Below the pieces are notes generated by a model, which worked only from the letters and a program-made list of their open reading frames with translations, had not been told where the DNA came from and did not search any database. 32,000 nucleotides of DNA from contig CP001848.1 of NCBI GenBank assembly GCA_000025185.1, forward strand, positions 1,800,001-1,832,000. Direction: 5' to 3'. The position numbers and the translations under genes were made by a program. This document shows, in pieces, positions 27,236 through 32,000 of this stretch (position 1 is its first letter; every line of letters begins with the position of its first letter). Origin of the DNA: Pirellula staleyi DSM 6068. GTDB taxonomy: Bacteria; Planctomycetota; Planctomycetia; Pirellulales; Pirellulaceae.

Positions 27236-27259
27236 CGTAGGGCAGGCACCCAGCCTGCT
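27236..27259. repeat. CGTAGG-hairpin unit (same family as 4265-4294 and 4351-4374) in the convergent gap after yebC
   Basis: CGTAGG at 27236-27241. Stem GCAGGC/GCCTGC (27242-27247 / 27253-27258) with an ACCCA loop. An additional small hairpin, CAGAG/CTCTG, lies at 27191-27205. Confidence 0.4.
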
Positions 27260-27291
27260 AGAACGACAAGAGTGCTCTCCCCTGATCGTGA

Positions 27292-28536
27292 TCAGTTAAA
27301 CCAGAATCCAAATCCGATCAGATTCAGCCCGTTAAACTGGCGGTTCAGCTGCTCGATCATCTCGGGCTCGACAAACTTGGTGAGCGGCCCCTTCTCGAGA
27401 TACGGGGTCGCTGCGGTCCCTTGAACCCACAAGATAATGTCGATCTCTTTGGCCTCGAGAAAGGCCCGCTTCACGTTGATGCCGCGCTCTTTGTCGGTGC
27501 CGCGCCAAAACGGAACCAGCCGCTCTCCTTGAAGCACGAGCTCGACCTCATCCACGGCGGTTAACCACGTTCGCATCATGTCGGCTGTCACTGGAATCCC
27601 GAGCACACCGGTCTGTTTGGGACTGGGTATCCACTCCCGGTCGTCGTCGGTTTCGGCGTCGTAGTGCGACCACATTTCGCGCGACATCTGGCACATCGAA
27701 AGCAGGTGCCCATGTGCTGCCTGCATTCGCAGTGGCTCTTTGATCGGGAAGCGAAGCACCAAGTGAATCGTGGCGATGATGTCGGAAAGTCGGCGACGAT
27801 CCCACCAAAACGGCCCGTCGACATCGAGCGGCTCCCGATCTTCGAGCAGAAACGTGTGCGGCGTGTCGACTTTTTCGAAGACCCAGTGCGCGGTGCACTC
27901 GAACAGAGGCTGACTATCGATCGCCAGCAGCACCTCTCCGATGGCCGCCAGAAAATGACAATAGCCACGCAGCCAGCAAACGTCCCCTCGATCGAAAGCG
28001 ATCTCCAGCGTATCTACGGCTGGAGCACGGCCATTCCATTGCTCGAACAAGAACGCTCCGTTTACCGGCCGCTTGAGGCCGAAGAGATCGATTTTGATTT
28101 TCGCCACATCGAGCGGAAACTTAAGCTCCTTGTCGGTGACCATGGCGAGCGTTGCCTGAGCGCGATTCATATCCTCGACAAATGTCAGGACGATCTTGCG
28201 AGCGGCTACGTAGTCGATCTTCTCGGGCGCGGGATTTTGCGGCCAGATCGCGCGGATTTGAGGGTTCGGCCGGACGAACGAACGTTCGGTCCTGAGTCCA
28301 TAGCGATAGAGACTTTGGCCCACATGCTCGTAGGCCATCAGGAACTGCGTGACGCCGAGACTAAAGCGCGCCTGATCGTCGCCGGGCATCTCTTCCAAGT
28401 GCTGCTGGAGTGCCACCGAGCAGTCTAAGAGGCGTCCCTCCGACAGGTGTTTTTCGACATCGGGCCGCGCGGCCCAGCTGGTGCTCGTAGCCAGCAGACA
28501 CAGCAGCATCAGCCCAAGGGTAGTGATCCAGCGCAT
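27292..28536 (-). CDS. Secreted hypothetical protein (signal peptide, no recognisable domain)
   Basis: 414 aa. Signal peptide MRWITTLGLMLLCLLATSTSWA. Natural-looking composition and GC3-rich codons on the minus strand. Aromatic C-terminus LIGFGFWFN. The antisense ORF 27664..28428 is Arg/His/Asp-rich and judged spurious. Confidence 0.65.
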   Translation of the reverse strand: MRWITTLGLMLLCLLATSTSWAARPDVEKHLSEGRLLDCSVALQQHLEEMPGDDQARFSLGVTQFLMAYEHVGQSLYRYGLRTERSFVRPNPQIRAIWPQNPAPEKIDYVAARKIVLTFVEDMNRAQATLAMVTDKELKFPLDVAKIKIDLFGLKRPVNGAFLFEQWNGRAPAVDTLEIAFDRGDVCWLRGYCHFLAAIGEVLLAIDSQPLFECTAHWVFEKVDTPHTFLLEDREPLDVDGPFWWDRRRLSDIIATIHLVLRFPIKEPLRMQAAHGHLLSMCQMSREMWSHYDAETDDDREWIPSPKQTGVLGIPVTADMMRTWLTAVDEVELVLQGERLVPFWRGTDKERGINVKRAFLEAKEIDIILWVQGTAATPYLEKGPLTKFVEPEMIEQLNRQFNGLNLIGFGFWFN

Positions 28537-28721
28537 GGTAAAAGTCCTTTCACCGGCTTCTGTCGACTGACGAAGGGGATCGTCATGCTTTCCGCTAGTT
28601 GCATTGTGATGCAGCAGCTGTGCACTGTCATGAAGATTTTTCGAAGCGACGCAAACTCACGGCAGTTGGCGACGACTTCCGTTGCTTCGTCGCCATCCAT
28701 CCTGTACAGTGACCCTGTCTA

Positions 28722-28750
28722 GTGGCTTAGCCACCAGTGGACTAGGCCAC
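28722..28750. promoter_or_regulatory. Tandem palindromic operators GTGGCTTAGCCAC / GTGGACTAGGCCAC, candidate GntR(HutC)-type binding sites
   Basis: 28722-28734 is a perfect 6-1-6 palindrome. 28737-28750 is a 12/14 palindrome. The surrounding AGTGGACTAGGCCACC matches 13/16 positions of the DasR-type consensus AGTGGTCTAGACCACT as I recall it. The pair ends about 64 nt upstream of the GntR start. Confidence 0.4.
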
Positions 28751-28813
28751 CTGCCGAATGGGTCCGCGAAACGCACCTGCCCTCCGCAGGGTCTTGAGGG
28801 AAACCAAGTCTTT

Positions 28814-29599
28814 ATGGAAACCAATCTCGAGCGCAGCCCGGTCTACTTGCAGCTGCACGATCGGCTCCGCACGGCACTGACCGCCGAGTATCAGCGGGGG
28901 GATCAGTTTTTGACCGAGCGCGAAGTGGCCCAGCGCTTTGAAGTGAGCCGAGCGACCGCCAACAAGGCACTGGCGAGTTTAGTCTCGGAAGGGCTGCTCG
29001 AGTTTCGCCGAGGCATTGGCACCTTCGTACGGCGCGACGTGATTGCCTACGATGTCCGGTCGCTCGTGAGTTTCACCGAGAAGGCGCTCGCGGCGGGGAA
29101 AGTTCCGGCCACTGAGGTCCTGACCTTTCGCAAAGTCGCGGCTGCTGATGTCGACCCAGCGATCTGCACGCTCCTGAAGCTCGCGCCCGACGCGGATTCC
29201 GGCGCGAACGTGCTGCTGTGGCATGTGGAGCGTAAACGACTCGCCGACCGGGTTCCCGTAATTCTCGAAATGCGCTACATCGTCGAGCGGCTTTGCCCCA
29301 AGCTGACCCACGCTCAGGCGGAAGGTTCGCTCTACCGTGCATGGACCGATAAACACAGCCTGGCGATTGGTGGTGCCGAAGAAGTGATTCGCGCTGTCAT
29401 CACGACAACGTCGGAATCGCGTCATTTGAATACCAAACCCCGCTCCCCAGCGCTCGAAGTCACTGCGGTGGGTTATCTCGTCGACCAGACGCCGCTTTGG
29501 TGGGAACGGACCCTCTATCGCGGCGATCAGTACGAGTTTCAAAGTCGACTCGGTCCGATTCAGTCAGCCACTCCCGCGCGGGGCCAATTTCGGAGCTAA
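28814..29599 (+). CDS. GntR-family transcriptional regulator, HutC/NagR subfamily (wHTH + UTRA-like domain)
   Basis: Preferred start ATG 28814 (METNLERSPVYLQL...). wHTH segment LTEREVAQRFEVSRATANKALASLVSEGLLEFRRGIGTFV. The C-terminal ~170 aa are consistent with a UTRA effector domain. Confidence 0.85.
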   Translation: METNLERSPVYLQLHDRLRTALTAEYQRGDQFLTEREVAQRFEVSRATANKALASLVSEGLLEFRRGIGTFVRRDVIAYDVRSLVSFTEKALAAGKVPATEVLTFRKVAAADVDPAICTLLKLAPDADSGANVLLWHVERKRLADRVPVILEMRYIVERLCPKLTHAQAEGSLYRAWTDKHSLAIGGAEEVIRAVITTTSESRHLNTKPRSPALEVTAVGYLVDQTPLWWERTLYRGDQYEFQSRLGPIQSATPARGQFRS

Positions 29600-29657
29600 C
29601 GCGCGTCGGGCACCGCTGCTTCACTCACACCTTTCTCAAGCCTCTCGAAAGCCAGCC

Positions 29658-30452
29658 ATGAAGTACACCTATCACGAACTCGCCAAGATGATCGATCATT
29701 CGCTCCTGCATCCCACAATGACCGATGCCGACCTGATCGAAGGATGCAAGCTAGCGGCCAAGTACGAAGTCGCATCGGTTTGTATCAAGCCGTACGCAGT
29801 GAAATTGGCGGCTGAACTGCTCGCCGGAAGTGGCGTGGTGGTCGGTGCAGTAATCGGATTTCCGCACGGTAATTCGGCCACCGAATCGAAAGTGTTCGAG
29901 ACATCAATTGCCTGCCGCGATGGGGCGACGGAAATCGACATGGTGATCAACATCGGTAAGGCGCTCGGTGGTGAGTGGGACTATGTCGAGGCCGATATCC
30001 GCGCGGTTTGCGACGAAGCACATCGTCACGGGGCACGCGTCAAAGTGATCTTTGAAAACGATTATCTGACAGCAGGTGGCGCGGGACTTTCGAGCGACGA
30101 TTTCAAACGCCGACTCTGTCAGCTTAGCGAGCGCGCGGGGGCTGATTGGGTGAAAACTTCCAGCGGCTATGGCTTTATCAAACAGCCGGATGGGAAGTAC
30201 AGCTATCAAGGTGCCACCGAGCACGATCTCGCGCTGATGCGCGCCAGCTGCTCGCCGCAGGTGCAAGTGAAAGCTGCTGGAGGGGTGCGCGATCTCGATG
30301 GTCTGATTCGTGTGCGTGATTTAGGGGCTTCACGCTGTGGCGCTACCGCCACGGCAGCGATGCTCGATGAGTATCGCCGGCGCGAAGCTGCTGAAAAATC
30401 GGGCGCATCGGTCGCGGTGACCGAAGGTGTCATCGGCACCGGCTCTTATTAA
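29658..30452 (+). CDS. deoC: Deoxyribose-phosphate aldolase
   Basis: 264 aa. Motifs ASVCIKP, VIGFPHG, EIDMVINIG, VKTSSGY (Schiff-base Lys) and VKAAGGVR. Confidence 0.9.
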   Translation: MKYTYHELAKMIDHSLLHPTMTDADLIEGCKLAAKYEVASVCIKPYAVKLAAELLAGSGVVVGAVIGFPHGNSATESKVFETSIACRDGATEIDMVINIGKALGGEWDYVEADIRAVCDEAHRHGARVKVIFENDYLTAGGAGLSSDDFKRRLCQLSERAGADWVKTSSGYGFIKQPDGKYSYQGATEHDLALMRASCSPQVQVKAAGGVRDLDGLIRVRDLGASRCGATATAAMLDEYRRREAAEKSGASVAVTEGVIGTGSY

Positions 30453-30569
30453 CGCGCGCGACGCGATTCGATTTGCCCTGAGCCGGTGCGCGCGGCGATA
30501 ATCGAAGCCGCTCGTCCTGCTTCACTCGTTCTGCATAACTCTACTCTCCCCTGGCTCACGAGAAGTTCG

Positions 30570-32000
30570 ATGATGGCGTCTCGCTCGATCGGTTTGACAT
30601 CGCTGCTCGTCCTGTGCCTGCTCGGTGCGCAGCTTGCGCGCGGCGACGATTTTCCCGCTGTCCGCAGTAGTCCCTCGGAGGCAAATCTCAAGCCGATGGA
30701 GGCCGAGGAAGCAGCGTCGAAGATCAAGTTGCCCGAAGGTTTTCGCGCCACGCTGTTTGCAGCAGAACCCGATGTCCAAAACCCAATTGCGATGGCATGG
30801 GACAAGCGTCATCGTCTCTGGATCGCGGAAAATTACACCTATTCTGATCGCTCGCAGCGGTTCGATCTGTCGCATCGCGATCGTGTGCTGATCTTCGAAG
30901 ATACCGACAACGATGGCCGCGCCGACTCGCGCAAGGTCTTCACCGATCAAGTGCAAATGTTGACCAGCGTCGAGCTGGGGCGCGGTGGCGTGTGGCTGAT
31001 GTGTCCGCCGCAATTGCTCTTCATTCCCGATGCCGACGGCGACGATCAGCCCGATGGTCCGCCACAAGTGATGCTCGATGGCTTCGACGTCGCGCAAGAC
31101 AACTATCACAACTTTGCGAACGGTCTGCGCTGGGGTCCCGATGGCTGGCTTTATGGACGCTGCGGCCACTCTTGCCTCGGCAAGCTCGGTATCCCCGGAA
31201 CTCCTGCAGAAAATCGCGTTCCGATCGATGGTGGCATCTGGCGTTATCATCCCGATCGAAAAGTGGTCGAAGTCCTCTGTCATGGAACGGTGAATCCGTG
31301 GGGGCACGACTGGGACAAAAACGGCGAGCTGTTTTTCATCAACACCGTGATCGGTCACTTGTGGCATGTTTCGCCCGGATCGCACTACAAAGAATCGTTT
31401 GGCGAAAGCATGAATCCGCATGTCTATGAGCGGATGGACATGATCGCCGATCACTACCACTTCGACACGCGTGGAAGTTGGACCGACAGCCGCGATGGAA
31501 AAGCGAATGATCTCGGTGGCGGACACGCGCACATCGGCATGCTGATCTACGGTCACGATGCGTGGCCCGCGTCGTATCGCGACAAACTGATGACGATCAA
31601 CATGCATGGTCAGCGCGCGAATGTCGAGCGCTTGGAGCGAACACTTTCGGGTTATGTCGGCAAGCATGAGCCCGATTTTTTTGTGGCGGCTGATCCCTTT
31701 TTTCGCGGCCTCGATCTCTCGGTGGGACCCGATGGCAATGTGTTTGTGATCGACTGGAGCGATACCGGCGAGTGTCACGATCACACGGGTGTGCATCGCG
31801 AAAGTGGCCGGATTTTCAAGATCAGTTACGGTGCAGAGCGCGAGCGACAAGTGGTGCCCAAACCGTTTTGCATCGCTGGCGATGGGAAGCTCGCCGAACT
31901 GCTGCGCGACTATCAAGCCGAAAAGACAACCCCCGAGAAATTGCTAGCGCTCGAGCACGATCCCGATGAGCATATGCGGGTCTGGGCCATTCGTTTACTC
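30570..32000 (+). CDS. PVC-type membrane-bound dehydrogenase domain protein with signal peptide, 3'-partial (runs off window); paralog of the 1-4229 core
   Basis: Absent from the ORF track because there is no stop in the window. My manual translation from ATG 30570 is open through 32000. Signal peptide MMASRSIGLTSLLVLCLLGAQLARG. Motifs IAMAWDKRHRLWIAE, IFEDTDNDGRAD, GPDGNVFVIDWSD, GRIFKISY. A HEAT-like start, DPDEHMRVWAIRLL, lies at the window edge. Confidence 0.85.
   Translation, partial: MMASRSIGLTSLLVLCLLGAQLARGDDFPAVRSSPSEANLKPMEAEEAASKIKLPEGFRATLFAAEPDVQNPIAMAWDKRHRLWIAENYTYSDRSQRFDLSHRDRVLIFEDTDNDGRADSRKVFTDQVQMLTSVELGRGGVWLMCPPQLLFIPDADGDDQPDGPPQVMLDGFDVAQDNYHNFANGLRWGPDGWLYGRCGHSCLGKLGIPGTPAENRVPIDGGIWRYHPDRKVVEVLCHGTVNPWGHDWDKNGELFFINTVIGHLWHVSPGSHYKESFGESMNPHVYERMDMIADHYHFDTRGSWTDSRDGKANDLGGGHAHIGMLIYGHDAWPASYRDKLMTINMHGQRANVERLERTLSGYVGKHEPDFFVAADPFFRGLDLSVGPDGNVFVIDWSDTGECHDHTGVHRESGRIFKISYGAERERQVVPKPFCIAGDGKLAELLRDYQAEKTTPEKLLALEHDPDEHMRVWAIRLL

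Noticed and set aside
23843-28428. Plus-strand ORFs 23843..24565 and 27664..28428
   Set aside because: They are antisense to the metallophosphoesterase (clear motifs and Tat signal) and to the signal-peptide-bearing 414-aa ORF. They have shadow-frame composition.
12571-28813. N-terminal extensions given by the ORF track for the genes starting at 12571, 24728, 26221 and 28682
   Set aside because: The extensions are Arg/Ser/Cys-rich or overlap neighbouring genes. Conserved family N-termini begin at internal ATGs (12670, 24944, 26449, 28814), some with SD-like sequences or ATGA coupling.
30522-31916. 464-aa minus-strand ORF, the longest track entry in this region
   Set aside because: It is antisense to a plus-strand frame that translates into a recognisable signal peptide and PVC-type dehydrogenase motifs. 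Its own sequence is Arg/His/Ile-rich with no motifs. This is the typical shadow ORF of GC-rich DNA.

Overview
GC-rich chromosomal window, read by eye with no searches run. The gene content looks like Planctomycetota, probably Pirellulales. This rests on two paralogous PVC-type membrane-bound-dehydrogenase / HEAT-repeat / cytochrome c proteins at the two window edges: 1-4229, which also carries a ThuA-like domain, and 30570->32000. The second is missing from the ORF track because it runs off the window. Between them lie: (i) a minus-strand Tad pilus motor operon, cpaF-tadB-tadC (4388-7826). (ii) A ~1-kb non-coding divergent region (7827-8843). (iii) A ~15-kb plus-strand glycan locus (8844-23764). 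It encodes a DPM1/ArnC-like GT2, a DegT aminotransferase, a Gfo/Idh/MocA oxidoreductase, a hexapeptide N-acetyltransferase, an FAD oxidoreductase, a NodB deacetylase without signal peptide and a UDP-GlcNAc 2-epimerase. A 26% GC island follows, then a polyprenyl-phosphate glycosyl-phosphate transferase, a GT-C-like membrane protein, a Wzx flippase, a Wzy-like membrane protein and a GT4. (iv) A mixed region (23798-30452) with a Tat-exported metallophosphoesterase, a GNAT, a two-TM orphan, YebC, a 414-aa secreted orphan, a GntR/HutC regulator and DeoC. I saw no rRNA, tRNA, CRISPR array, transposase or integrase. The most interesting hypothesis is that the back-to-back Tad operon and the Wzx/Wzy-type, partly de-N-acetylated amino-sugar polysaccharide locus form a holdfast-like adhesion system; this is inference only. 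Other notable signals are a CGTAGG-hairpin repeat family in convergent gaps, periodic TTAGTAA repeats splitting the glycan locus, tandem HutC-type operators upstream of the GntR gene, and a near-perfect LacI/cre-type palindrome. All functional calls come from motif recognition by eye.
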